From Amphiscolops sp. MND2022 (lineage: Eukaryota), in assembly GCA_964187785.1 (NCBI GenBank), contig OZ076409.1, positions 54,624,001 to 54,688,000 on the forward strand: DNA of 64,000 nucleotides. The letters are read 5' to 3'. Numbering within the stretch: the first letter of the stretch is position 1; each line of letters begins with the position of its first letter. Shown here in pieces: positions 35,875-48,741 of this stretch. The position numbers were made by a program, and so were the translations under genes. The notes under the pieces are model-generated. The model was not told where the DNA came from, searched no databases, and was given only the letters and a program-made list of their open reading frames with translations.

Positions 35875-36594
35875 ATTGGGGTTAGGTTTGTATTCACACG
35901 ACAACAAAATTGATTTCGTTTTTTTTTCGTTTTTCGAAAAACAATATCAGAAACCTTTAATACAATTTTTCTGGAATTTTTTCTGACAATTTCGGCTTGA
36001 TAATTATAGAAAAAAGTCACACAGTGCAATGGGAATTTTTAGGCTTGATAAACGTTTTTTTTTGGAAATTGACAGGAGAAAAACTGAAAGGGGTGAAATG
36101 AAATTTTGGTGAAAATAAAAAGTCGCACATTACGAAAAAAAAACTTTTTATACGTTAATGTTTACAAACGAAGCCTTCAAGTCCTCGTCACTGATCGAAC
36201 CGACGGCTGTCTGTTTTGGAGCGCGCACGGCTACTGGCAACATGAACGAACTGTATCCAAAAAGTGGTCGCTACGCATATATTTGGCGCTCTGACATATG
36301 TGGCGGTCTACGCATATTTACTCACAGAATGCGCCGATTATAAATCAGTAGGTTTTATTTTAAACCCATGGCTCTAAGTTATATTGTAAGTGTCAACCTG
36401 TTGCGATTGAGTTTAAAATGGTGAGCAACAACTAGGTTATGAAACAATGTGAATGAAAGTTTTTGGTCGTTTCATACGAACGTATTCTGATGAAGGCTTT
36501 CGAGTGTCAAAGGTTCCAGTATTACCTTAAATTCTCGACAGGGTTTGTTTTACTTGGAGCGTTTTTGATTTTCTGAATGCGTGACCATACAAAC

Positions 36595-36784
36595 CAGATG
36601 GATCGTCAGTTTTGATATCCTGGCAGTTGGTTGTTGTGCCGCCATAGTCATTCATCACCCAGTACCATTTGCATACCCCCTCTCGTGAACTTGATGGGTA
36701 TCCAGAACAGTCTCCATTCTGAACAGCCTCACCGGTGAATCCCAAACTAGACAATGGGTACAGACTGCACTCCATGGTTGCCTG
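36595..36784 (-). CDS. Host gene exon 2 (end of PAN domain, start of GON-like domain)
   Basis: ttgCAG/CAG acceptor and G|GTTTGT donor, 190 bp. Encodes QATMECSLY..TTTNCQDIKTDDPS and is phase-compatible with exons 1 and 3. Confidence 0.75.
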
Positions 36785-38599
36785 CTGCAAGTATAAACCA
36801 TAAGTTGGTTCTCAAGAGCTTCATGAAGGTCATATAATTTTCCTAACTACTACAGAGCAACAGATTTGATCATTTCTGTGGTGAACTTGAGTGGCCCATC
36901 AAAAAGTTCAGATTTCCTTTTCGGGCAACAGCCGCCTGATGGCTCATCAAGTGTTTTTGAACGACCGAAAGCCAATTTACATTTACAAACTAGTAAATCA
37001 GTTACTTCTCAACTTTGAATCAAGAATTTTTGTTCAGCTTCGCGGAAATCAGTGCGCTGATCTTAAAATTTCCTGGTTTACCTCGCTTCGCGTACCCTTT
37101 GTTCAGTCTACTATTAGCTGCATTATACCAACGCCTTCATGGTTATCATTCAAGCTTAGATGGTTCTCATTTCAATGAACAGAAGTCCGTAAAGACCTTC
37201 AAGAGATTTCATTGTATAGTACCATAAAATTCATAGCGCTCATTGCATAACGATTCGGTAAAATGTACATTTTCATGGTAAAACTAATATTTCATTCAGT
37301 TCTTTATAACGCTTCATATTCTGTCGGGAGTAAAAGTAATGATAAGCAGTTATCGATCGCTTAACACATTACTACAGGTGGAGGGACCTACAGAATGGTT
37401 TTGTCGCCCATCGCTACAAGTCCTTTTTGTCCCAGGGTAAAAAACGTCCCGCGAGGCTGTGGCTGGGTTTTCCGCTTCTCAGAATACTTACTAATCGGTT
37501 CTTGTCTTTCACTGCTGATAGTAACTCTAAAGACCACCGATTAACAAGCAGACAAAAATATTAACATTGCTAAGAATAAAGTAAACTTCTATTTCCAGGG
37601 TGGAATGAGGAATAACGTCAAAAATCGCCAACCGAAGCCCTCGAGCAAGAAAATACAGCAACAAACAGTGAAAATACACATAATTAAACATTCAAACGGT
37701 AGAACGCACAGCTCTATGTACCATACAAAGATTTTTAAGCGAAAAGAATCATTTTGCAGTTTTTAACACTTGGTGTTGCATTATGCAGAAATAACTAAAA
37801 AACTGGGTATAAGCACCTGAGTCGTTTCAGATTACTTTACAGTCTCTTTGTGTAAATGGGCTTGTTTTCTGTTTACTCGCTTTCGGTGTCGTCATGCATG
37901 CAAATTGGCCGAAACAGCGAAAAAAAACTAGTCACATCCCTGATGCCACGTAAACCATGTTCCAATCCTAAAACTGACTGTTAATTGTTATATTAAACGG
38001 TGCCGTTTTTAACTCCCCGGACCTAAGTCATGACGTTCTTGTCATGCAGTGAAGATGGAATTGAATACATTTCCTTATCATCTTTGCAACACACTGGAAG
38101 TTCAGACTGGTGATTTTCCAATAGTGTAGTGGTACTGGCATCTTTTGCGAATTGGGCAACAATGAGGTCTCACCTCTAGCCGTCTACTGAGCCTGCATCT
38201 CCCACTGACTGTCAACAACAGAGATAGCCCTCTAGCTGGAAAATAAGTACTCAAAATTGCACATTGAAAGAGATCAAAACTAATATTCCATACTGCTTCT
38301 GGTAAAATTTCTTTCTGTGGAAGAACCGCTGTTCAAAAGGAAGACTAGCAGTTCTTTGATAGGCTTCTTTAACGTTCGGTTTGGTTTGGGCAATTCCATA
38401 CCCATATGAAGTTCAGCGGGCATCTCTTAAGAAGCGCATCAAAGGTGAACTAGAAGTTGCTTGTAGATAGACCAAAGTCCAGACCGAGCTCCATAGTTTC
38501 CAAGTACGTTGAAACTGGAGGAATAAACTGAGTTTCTGTAGGAAAAATACGCAAATCTTGAGTTGAAGTGGAGAAAAAGTGTACCTTTTTGCAAAGCGC

Positions 38600-39730
38600 T
38601 ACATTTATTGTGGTGTTTGACTAAGAAGTTCATTTTTATGAGAATAATTTTCGTTCAGACTTAGAGAAGAGATTTTAAAGCAAAAACTTGATGACTTTCA
38701 CACAACTACAACTGAAGTTTTGGCGTCAAGTCTCGACTCTTCAGAGTTCTGACTCAACAATCGTTGTTATGGTTTTCAGACCTATCCAGAAAGTGGACAA
38801 CTTTTGTAACAAAAAGGGCTGCTCACTTAAAAAATATTTCTGACGATAGCTTTATTCTTGCATGGAAGAGACTTGAAGAGACACGCCTGTCTCTTTAAAT
38901 CAATCAACAGCAAAATTACTCAACAGTTTATCAATTATTGTTGCAGGGAAAACTATTACAAAATACATCCAAAATCCGTTAGTCTCGCTGTAACTTGATG
39001 AAAAAACTAGCTTGGTTAGGGTCCCAGCCAAATTGAGACATTCCTATCGGGCTGTTCGAAATTCTTACTTCATCTTGCTCGAAAATCACATCATCTTGCT
39101 TGTGCAACAACCTTGTGCGGACGTTCATGTCTCAATACTTATTGGAGGCATTAAAGTTACTCTTGCCGAGCATCGGGAACAAGTTTGGGTGTTACGTGAA
39201 AGAAAGATGAAAGAACAAGGTCGCGAAAATGTTGTGTCACTTGCTACAAAATCACAACAGAACAAAGAACCCCCGAATGGTAGACCTTCCCAAAGCAAGA
39301 TCATCACAATGTCAGCTTTTCTCACATCTTTGACCATTAGCAGGTCTATTCGTAATAAAACTTTACAAACTGCGTACCGCAAAATTATCTGAAGCCTACC
39401 TCGCCCTTCTTGTTTGCATGGCCTTCAGAGCTGTTCAGGAAATACTTTCTGAATTCGAAACTTAGGCTTGCATCGCCACTTTGAAACACTTTATCTCATG
39501 ACGTGGACTTCCAAGTTGCATTTACAGTAACTACGAACTCTCAAGGATCCAGAAACCGACTATTGAACACCTGGAAACACAAAAACACTAAAGACGAAAG
39601 ACGCACAAAACGATATACTAAATTTTTTGACATCGCAAAAATTGAATTAATTCCATCGGGTACGCCTCATTTTGAATGACTTTCGAAAACAGGCAAAAAA
39701 CTGTTTAAAAAAGCGTATAATCTTTTGCTA
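38600..39730 (+). pseudogene. Ancient BEL/Pao pol relic (RNase H-integrase)
   Basis: Fragments WRQVSTLQ, GGIKVTLAEHREQVWVL, MVDLPKAR, CMAFRAV, RGLPSCIYS, IPSGTPHF. Confidence 0.65.
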
Positions 39731-42082
39731 TGCCTTTAGACTGTCCATAGGTCAGCAAAGTCAAATAGGCGATCCCTTCAATTTGACGAGAAGCGCATTC
39801 CAACCACTGCACACTAACTCACGGAGAGCAGTTGTCACTGATACGCTGTTAAAAAACATACACTGGTCAACAAAACTCAATAAAAGACTTTGTTTTTGCT
39901 TTTTTTTCAGAATGTCTGATGTAGATATTTTACTGTTTAATTTGTGTCACTGTTAAACGTGAATGCATTTGCCTTTATCCAACCACATTTGGGACGATGA
40001 ATTTTTTTTGGTGCTACCCATATTCTTCTATCGCAGTTGATTTGGTTATTAGACGGATTCTAGTATTGGCGGGTTTTTTATTTTTGTTAAAGAGTTGGTT
40101 GGTTTCATTCATCAGCAATGATTTTTCGTCATTTCGTTTCTATCTTTTCTGGAACAGTCTGTCGGTCCCCGACCCGAACTTTTCGAACCTATATGCTGTG
40201 GGATTTTCACTCTTTTTGTTGCATCGTTTATTTTTGGCTTTGATATACCTTTGGTATTTGATATTTTTCTATTCTCAAAGAAAAGGGCTGTGTGCGGTGT
40301 TCTCAATAGGCCGGTGTTCTCGATAGTGCGTTGCTGTCCAATGTTTGGGATGTCTAAAATGTTTCCTTTCGTAAGGTAGGAATTTTTTTGGTGAGACCTA
40401 AACAAAGCATTGGCAACAACAAGAGTGTGAAATCTGCAATACAGCAAAGATTACTTCTATATCAGCTACTGCTGAAATTTAAATCATGATTTTTTCATTC
40501 AGCAGAAATCTGTACGCGAACGTTTTGAATCTTAAGCTTGCCTCGTTTGTCTTAAATTTTGTACGGTCCACCTAATTACAGCAAAATACTTACTTTCGAA
40601 CTTGAACTTTACTATCATACGTGATTAAAACTACGTTCTCATATGAATTACACACAATTAGCGTAATTATACGTGTATTTAAGAAGAACTATACTATTCG
40701 TGCTATTTTCTGCAGTTCAAACAACGAATTGCAAATAAACAAGTGCAGTATTAGCGAGGAAGGAAACGTTTTGAAACTAGTAGTGCTGTAGTCTAGTTGA
40801 CCCGTGGTCCAAATTCAATTATTGACCAATCACATCGCTGCTAGTGTTACTGCTGTAGTCAACGGGACCGTTGGTCCACTGTGCTGTTTTAGTTCGCTGT
40901 TTGATGTCTCACTCACTACATGTGAAATAAACTAATCAGGACTGGCAGTCAAAAGTAACAAGGCGTGCCGTGCCGCCTTTTCCCTCCTTCTGTCGTTTCC
41001 AGACCTTTCCTTTGAAGTTCATTCTGATGATATTTTAAACCCTACTTAGACATGACTTAATAGTGATGCCATTTTATTGCTATATGTAACACAATGACTA
41101 TCGGGAATATGAGTGTTATGGAAAATCTAGTATATATAGCTGATATCCATTGTCCAAGGGACCATAATCTTGATAAAGTTGCAACATTTGGGTTGTTCTC
41201 ATCCTTTTCTTTTGAAGTTCTGACAACTTCTATTATCAATGATTCTCAATAATATATTCCTAAACGAATACTGATCTTTTATAGTGCCCTAAACTTGAGA
41301 TCAGAAAGAAAATAAAAAGCATTCTAGACAATCAGACTTCAGGTCTGACTTGAATGACATACTGGGAAATTTTCAACAAAGTAGTGATGAAAATAGCTCA
41401 GAATCAAGAAAAGTAGATGTGAACCTAACGTTCAAAGGACTACATGAAGACGTAAACCCAAATGAAGATAAATTTAGAGCTTTATTAAACTCAAATAAGA
41501 GAGTAAAGAGTGAAAGATCCCTTAGCGGACATATTGTTCACTTGGCCACACAAAAACTGATTTTCTAACACAAAGAAATTTTGTTTGAATGCTGATTTTA
41601 TTGGTACAAAAAATAGTAAAAAAAATGCTGTAAAACTCTATTTACTCAAAATATGCTGGAAATAAACTCTGTAATTGAAGAGAAAAGCGTTCCGCAGATT
41701 CAAGTAAACCTGGAAGGCGTAAAAGGGAGATTAAATGCAAAAATGGTCCTTCGGTCCATGGGACTACAGTAACCCGGAAGTCGAATAGTCCGAAAAACAC
41801 AGCAAAACCGGCTTAACACTTGTTTTAATCAACGTAACTCTGGTCGAGATCATGGAAAACCCTCTCCAGAGTTACGACAGGTGGTCCTCTTTTCAACTAA
41901 CAGAAGTCCGACAAAACCTAAAGATGGAGTACATTATATATTACCACACTATTAATTGTGCCATCTTGATAACTATTGGCAAAGTGTTCAGTTTTCTGTT
42001 GAAATTAATTTTTCATTTCGTTTATCTTCAAATTGCATCTTGTTCTGAAAGAAAATAATTGCGTCGGAATCATATCTTTTTT

Positions 42083-42660
42083 TAGTCGGCGCATTTTACC
42101 AAAATGAGCCCGACTATTACAGTGGCAAGTTTTTTTCTTTTTTTCGTCAGGTATCAGAATGTATGCGCAGTGGACACTTTTTCTACAGAACTACTAAACT
42201 ACTGGACCGGCAGGCGGAAACGCATTTAAGTTAGTGCAAAGGGTCTCCCCTTTCGAATACTCAATTTTTAACGTAAGATACAAAACCGGAAGGGACTACA
42301 GGGTCCCCCCGTTGAATTTTTTCGGCACTGTGCGACTTTTTTTGCGAAATTTTTCTGTCGGCAAAGGGTCCCTCCTTCAAGTTTTTTTAATATTTTACAG
42401 CAAACTGTAGTTTCAAAAAGCCCAAAGGGTGTCCCCTTTCTAGTTTTTAGGCACTATGAGACTTTCAAAATTCTCATTTTTCGTTTTTTTTCCGAAAATT
42501 TTTTCAAAAAGTTTTTCGAATTTTTAAATGTCTCCAAAAGGTCCCCCGTTTAATTTTTTGATATTTTGCAACAAACTAGATTTTCAAAAAGTCGAAAGGG
42601 TCCCCCTTTTACATTTTTGAAAACCTTGCGCTTTTTGAGCCTCAGATATAGCGCCGATTT
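42083..42660 (-). mobile_element. HINE/DINE-1-like element (longer subfamily) on the minus strand
   Basis: TAGTCGGCGC..GCCCGACTA hairpin at the left and GAGCCTCAGATATAGCGCCGA at the right. Internal AAAGGGTCCCC repeats. Confidence 0.65.
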
Positions 42661-45600
42661 ATATCATTTTTTATCATTTTAATATCATTTTAAAATTGAC
42701 TTTCATTTAAAACATGACTATGTCAATGCAACAAGCGGGTGTCTTCAAAAATGGATGTCTTCAAAAGCTCGGAAAAAGCTGCATTTTCAAGTTGGCTAAG
42801 ACGATGTTTTTAATTATTGAATGCATACCTTCATTTGGTCAAAAGTTGTTCTATTAGGCTTTAAGTAGGTCATGATAAAAATCAAGCACTTTTGATTGTT
42901 TCACTTCATTTTCTTTTTGTTTAAAAATGATAAATGACGTAGTTCTGCATGGCGAACGTTGTTTTAATCCCAGAGAGGACCCTCAAATTTTGAGCAAGCA
43001 CATTTCCTTGGATATTGTAACCACCTTTGATTGATTGCATGTGTTGCATATCAACACAGCACGTTCGGGTTATAGATACTGTAACTATTCTGTAATTTCA
43101 ACGGCTACACTCATCACTTGATACCTTCTCCGTTTCGCAATAACGTTGACCAAAATAGAAATATGTGGCTAGTTTGTATATACTTACCTCAGCAGCTGAT
43201 TGACAATCGATGAAACACTTTGAGAAATCCTTGCATTGAAGAAATTATTTGAGCATTCGCACTTAATGAAAATTGGATCCTTAGAAAAATGAGTTTCAAA
43301 AAGCTAGTGTTGAATTTTCAAGTTCTTCGGCTGACAATGGAAATTTTAACAAGCCGGGAACGGTCCCTTTTCTAGTTTTTAGGCACTATGAAACTTTCAA
43401 AATTCTCATTTTTTTTGTTTTTTTTTCCGAAAATTTTTTTTTCGAATTTTTAAATGTCTCCAAAGGGTCCCCCGTTTAATTTTTTGATATTTTGCAACAA
43501 ACTAGATTTTCAGAAAGTCGAAAGGGTCCCCCTTTTACATTTTTGAAAACCGTGCGCTTTTTGAGCCTCAGATATAGCGCCGATTTTAGACGTTCCCGTC
43601 TTGTTTCCTTCTATGTTGGAACTGAGTGGTAACCATGTGGAATGTTTAATATCATTTCAAAATTGACTTTCATTTAAAACATGACTATGTCCATGCAACA
43701 AGCGGGTGTCTTCAAAAATGGATGTCTTCAAAAGCTCGGAAAAAGCTGCATTTTCAAGTTGGCCAAGACGATGTTTTTAATTATTGAATGCATACCTTCA
43801 TTTGGTCAAAAGTTGTTCTATTAGGCTTTAAGTAGGTCATGATAAAAATCAAGCACTTTTGATTGTTTCACTTCATTTTCTTTTTGTTTAAAAATGATAA
43901 ATGACGTAGTTCTGCATGGCGAACGTTGTTTTAATCCCAGAGAGGACCCTCAAATTTTGAGCAAGCACATTTCCTTGGATATTGTAACCACCTTTGATTG
44001 ATTGCATGTGTTGCATATCAACACAGCACATTCGGGTTTTAGATACTGTAACTATTCTGTAATTTCAACGGCTACACTCATCACTTGATACCTTCTTCGT
44101 TTCGCAATAACGTTGACCAAAATAGAAATATGTGGCTAGTTTGTATATACTTACCTCAGCAGCTGATTGACAATCGATGAAACACTTTGAGAAATCCTTG
44201 CATTGAAGAAGTTATTTGAGCACTCGCACTTAATGAAAATTGGATCCTTAGAAAAATGAGTTTCAAAAAGCTAGTGTTGAAATTTCAAGTTCTTCGGCTG
44301 ACAATGGAAATTTCAACAAGCCGGGAACGGTCCCCTTTCTAGTTTTTAGGCACTATGAGACTTTCAAAATTCTCATTTTTCGTTTTTTTTCCGAAAATTT
44401 TTTCAAAAAGTTTTTCGAATTTTTAAATGTCTCCAAAGGGTCCCCCGTTTAATTTTTTGATATTTTGCAACAAACTAGATTTTCAAAAAGTCGAAAGGGT
44501 CCCCCTTTTACATTTTTGAAAACCTTGCGCTTTTTGAGCCTCAGATATAGCGCCGATTTTAGACGTTCCCGTCTTGTTTCCTTCTATGTTGGAACTGAGT
44601 GGTAACCATGTGGAATGTTTAATATCATTTTAAAATTGACTTTCATTTAAAACATGGCTATGTCCATGCAACAAGCGGGTGTCTTCAAAAATGGATGTCT
44701 TCAAAAGCTCGGAAAGAGCTGCATTTTCAAGTTGGCCAAGACGATGTTTTTAATTATTGAATGCAGACCTTCATTTGGTCAAAAGTTGTTCTATTAGGCT
44801 TTAAGTAGGTCATGATAAAAATCAAGCACTTTTGATTGTTTCACTTCATTTCCTTTTTGTTTAAAAATGATAAATGACGTAGTTCTGCATGGCGAACGTT
44901 GTTTTAATCCCAGAGAGGACCCTCAAATTTTGAGCAGGCACATTTCTTTGGATATTGTAACCACCTTTGATTGATTGCATGTGTTGCATATCAACACAGC
45001 ACAAAAATGGATGTCTTCAAAAGCTCGGAAAATGCTGCATTTTCAAGTTGGCCAAGACGATGTTTTTAATTATTGAATGCATACCTTCATTTGGTCAAAA
45101 GTTGTACTATTAGGCTTTAAGTAGGTCATGATAAAAATCAAGCACTTTTGATTGTTTCACTTCATTTTCTTTTTGTTTAAAAATGATAAATGACGTAGTT
45201 CTGCATGGCGAACGTTGTTTTAATCCCAGAGAGGATCCTCAAATTTTGAGCAAGCACATTTCCTTGGATATTGTAACCACCTTTGATTGATTGCATGTGT
45301 TGCATATCAACACAGCACAAAAATGGATGTCTTCAAAAGCTCGGAAAAAGCTGCATTTTCAAGTTGGCCATAACGATGTTTTTAATTATTGAATGCATAC
45401 CTTCATTTGGTCAAAAGTTGTTCTATTAGGCTTTAAGTAGGTCATGATAAAAATCAAGCACTTTTGATTGTTTCACTTCATTTTCTTTTTGTTTAAAAAT
45501 GATAAATGACGTAGTTCTGCATGGCGGACGTTGTTTTAATCCGAGAGAGGACCCTCAAATTTTGAGCAAGCACATTTCCTTGGATATTGTAACCACCTTT

Positions 45601-47540
45601 GATTGATTGCATGTGTTGCATATCAACACAGCACATTCGGGTTATAGATACTGTAACTATTCTGTAATTTCAACGGCTACACTCATCACTTGATACCTTC
45701 TTCGTTTCGCAATAACGTTGACCAAAATAGAAATATGTGGCTAGTTTGTATGTACTTACCTCAGCAGCTGATTGACAATCGATGAAACACTTTGAGAAAT
45801 CCTTGCATTGAAGAAGTTATTTGAGCACTCGCACTTAATGAAAATTGGATCCTTAGAAAAATGAGTTTCAAAAAGCTAGTGTTGAAATTTCAAGTTCTTC
45901 GGCTGACAATGGAAATTTTAACAAGCCGGGAACGGTCCCCTTTCTAGTTTTTAGGCACTATGAGACTTTCAAAATTCTCATTTTTCGTTTTTTTTTCCGA
46001 AAATTTTTTCAAAAAGTTTTTCGAATTTTTAAATGTCTCCAAAGGGTCCCCCGTTTAATTTTTTGATATTTTGCAACAAACTAGATTTTCAAAAAGTCGA
46101 AAGGGTCCCCCTTTTACATTTTTGAAAACCTTGCGCTTTTTGAGCCTCAGATATAGCGCCGATTTTAGACGTTCCCGTCTTGTTTCCTTCTATGTTGGAA
46201 CTGAGTGGTAACCATGTGGAATGTTTAATATCATTTCAAAATTGACTTTCATTTAAAACATGACTATGTCCATGCAACAAGCGGGTGTCTTCAAAAATGG
46301 ATGTCTTCAAAAGCTCGGAAAAAGCTGCATTTTCAAGTTGGCCAAGACGATGTTTTTAATTATTGAATGCAGACCTTCATTTGGTCAAAAGTTGTTCTAT
46401 TAGGCTTTAAGTAGGTCATGATAAAAATCAAGCACTTTTGATTGTTTCACTTCATTTCCTTTTTGTTTAAAAATGATAAATGACGTAGTTCTGCATGGCA
46501 AACGTTGTTTTAATCCCAGAGAGGACCCTCAAATTTTGAGCAAGCACATTTCCTTGGATATTGTAACCACCTTTGATTGATTGCATGTGTTGCATATCAA
46601 CACAGCACAAAAATGGATGTCTTCAAAAGCTCGGAAAAAGCTGCATTTTCAAGTTGGCCAAGACGATGTTTTTAATTATTGAATGCATACCTTCACTTGG
46701 TCAAAAGTTGTTCTATTAGGCTTTAAGTAGGTCATGATAAAAATCAAGCACTTTTGATTGTTTCACTTCATTTTCTTTTTGTTTAAAAATGATAAATGAC
46801 GTAGTTCTGCATGGCGAACGTTGTTTTAATCCCAGAGAGGATCCTCAAATTTTGAGCAAGCACATTTCCTTGGATATTGTAACCACCTTTGATTGATTGC
46901 ATGTGTTGCATATCAACACAGCACAAAAATGAATGTCTTCAAAAGCTCGGAAAAAGCTGCATTTTCAAGTTGGCCAAGACGATGTTTTTAATTATTGAAT
47001 GCATACCTTCATTTGGTCAAAAGTTGTTCTATTAGGCTTTAAGTAGGTCATGATAAAAATCAAGAACTTTTGATTGTTTCACTTCATTTCCTTTTTGTTT
47101 AAAAATGATAAATGACGTAGTTCTGCATGGCGAACGTTGTTTTAATCCCAGAGAGGACCCTCAAATTTTGAGCAAGCACATTTCCTTGGATATTGTAACC
47201 ACCTTTGATTGATTGCATGTGTTGCATATCAACACAGCACATTCGGGTTATAGATACTGTAACTATTCTGTAATTTCAACGGCTACACTCATCACTTGAT
47301 ACCTTCTTCGTTTCGCAATAACGTTGACCAAAATAGAAATATGTGGCTAGTTTGTATGTACTTACCTCAGCTGCTGATTGACAATCGATGAAACACTTTG
47401 AGAAATCCTTGCATTGAAGAAGTTATTTGAGCACTCGCACTTAATGAAAATTAGATCCTTAGAAAAATGAGTTTCAAAAAGCTAGTGTTGAAATTTCAAG
47501 TTCTTCGGCTGACAATGGAAATTTTAACAAGCCGGGAACG
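42432..47540. repeat. Higher-order tandem array: four ~970-bp units, the last two with a triplicated 316-bp subunit
   Basis: AACAAGCCGGGAACGG at 43348, 44315, 45920 and 47526 (spacing 967, 1605, 1606). Subunit starts at 44687, 45003 and 45319. Confidence 0.93.
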
Positions 47541-47871
47541 GCCCAAGTCGGAGCCATCTCTAAGGCTCAAAAATAGCAAAAGGACTTCAAAGTGTCAAGT
47601 ATTCTCTTCTACAGTACCCGCATGAGAAAAAAATTGAAAAAAATTCGAATTTTTTTTGGTCCCTGGGAAGTCGCATAGTGCCGAAAAATGTAAAAGGGGA
47701 CCTCAAAAAAGCCTAATTAACCTCTATCTCAAGTGCCAGTAGAAGTAGTGTGGCATTTAGTGTTAGTTTAAGTCAGCTTATAAAGCTTATAAAATCTGTC
47801 ACTTCGTTGGTCTTAAAAAAAAGAAAAGTCACTACTATAGTCTGCGTTTTTCTACGAAAAAGCGCCGACTA
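47526..47871 (+). mobile_element. HINE/DINE-1-like short element
   Basis: Close full-length paralog of 19360-19708. Confidence 0.7.
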
Positions 47872-48741
47872 AAATTATAAATAATGACTAAGGAGCTAGT
47901 CAGAAAATATATCAATCAATCTGAACAGTAGACGCCTTCGATTACTGGAAGTCAAAAATTAGTGAATAGGACGGAAAATTCACAAACGCAGACATCTCGA
48001 AAGTCTCTCTGCTGCCATTTGAGCAACGTAACATGGTATGGCTTGAATGCCAACATACGAAGACACCCCAAGTCTAGAATATAGCTAAGATAAGAAAGGA
48101 GGTATCTTATGAACGATATCCTTATGACCCGACAAAACCCCTGAGACACACACCCCCAAGAACAGACATCTCCAATAATTTAAACCGGTGTTGCCTAATT
48201 GTCCAAGACGCTACTAACAAATGTTTCATGTGATATGTAAATATGCTGTTCAAATCTTCATGTTCTAACTACACATATTACAGTAAACAATGAACTACTT
48301 TACTTCGATTTTTGCAATTGTGCACGAGACCAAAGGGTCCCACGTTGATGGTTTCTTTCGACACGTTGGGACTTTTCGGAAAGGTTTTCAATTGATCAAA
48401 GGGTAGCCCCATCAATAAAAAAAGATTTTTCTATTTCTTTAAGTACATTGTACTTTGATGAAGTTTGAAAGTTTTCGAAATTCGTTACGCAAGATCTCTG
48501 AAAATGCTGGTAGGAAGAAGAACATCCGGTCATTTTGGTAACATTGACATCTTTCTTCAACTTTCATATCCAACACTTTTCAAGATGTTTTCTTTAGACA
48601 TGAACAGCCAGAAACACTTTTATTGTGATCCCTTGCGGTGTGAATTTTTAAACACGGCGCTTTTAGAATAAGTAAGTGAATTCAAAAGTTAGAGTTTTGG
48701 ATCAAAGGTACAAAGTTTGTCTCAAACGAACAGTTTGTGGC

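Noticed and set aside
40500..41520. Separate gene or defined LTR element
   Set aside because: Only faint resemblance to the Gypsy 5' region at 55200-56300; boundaries cannot be supported.
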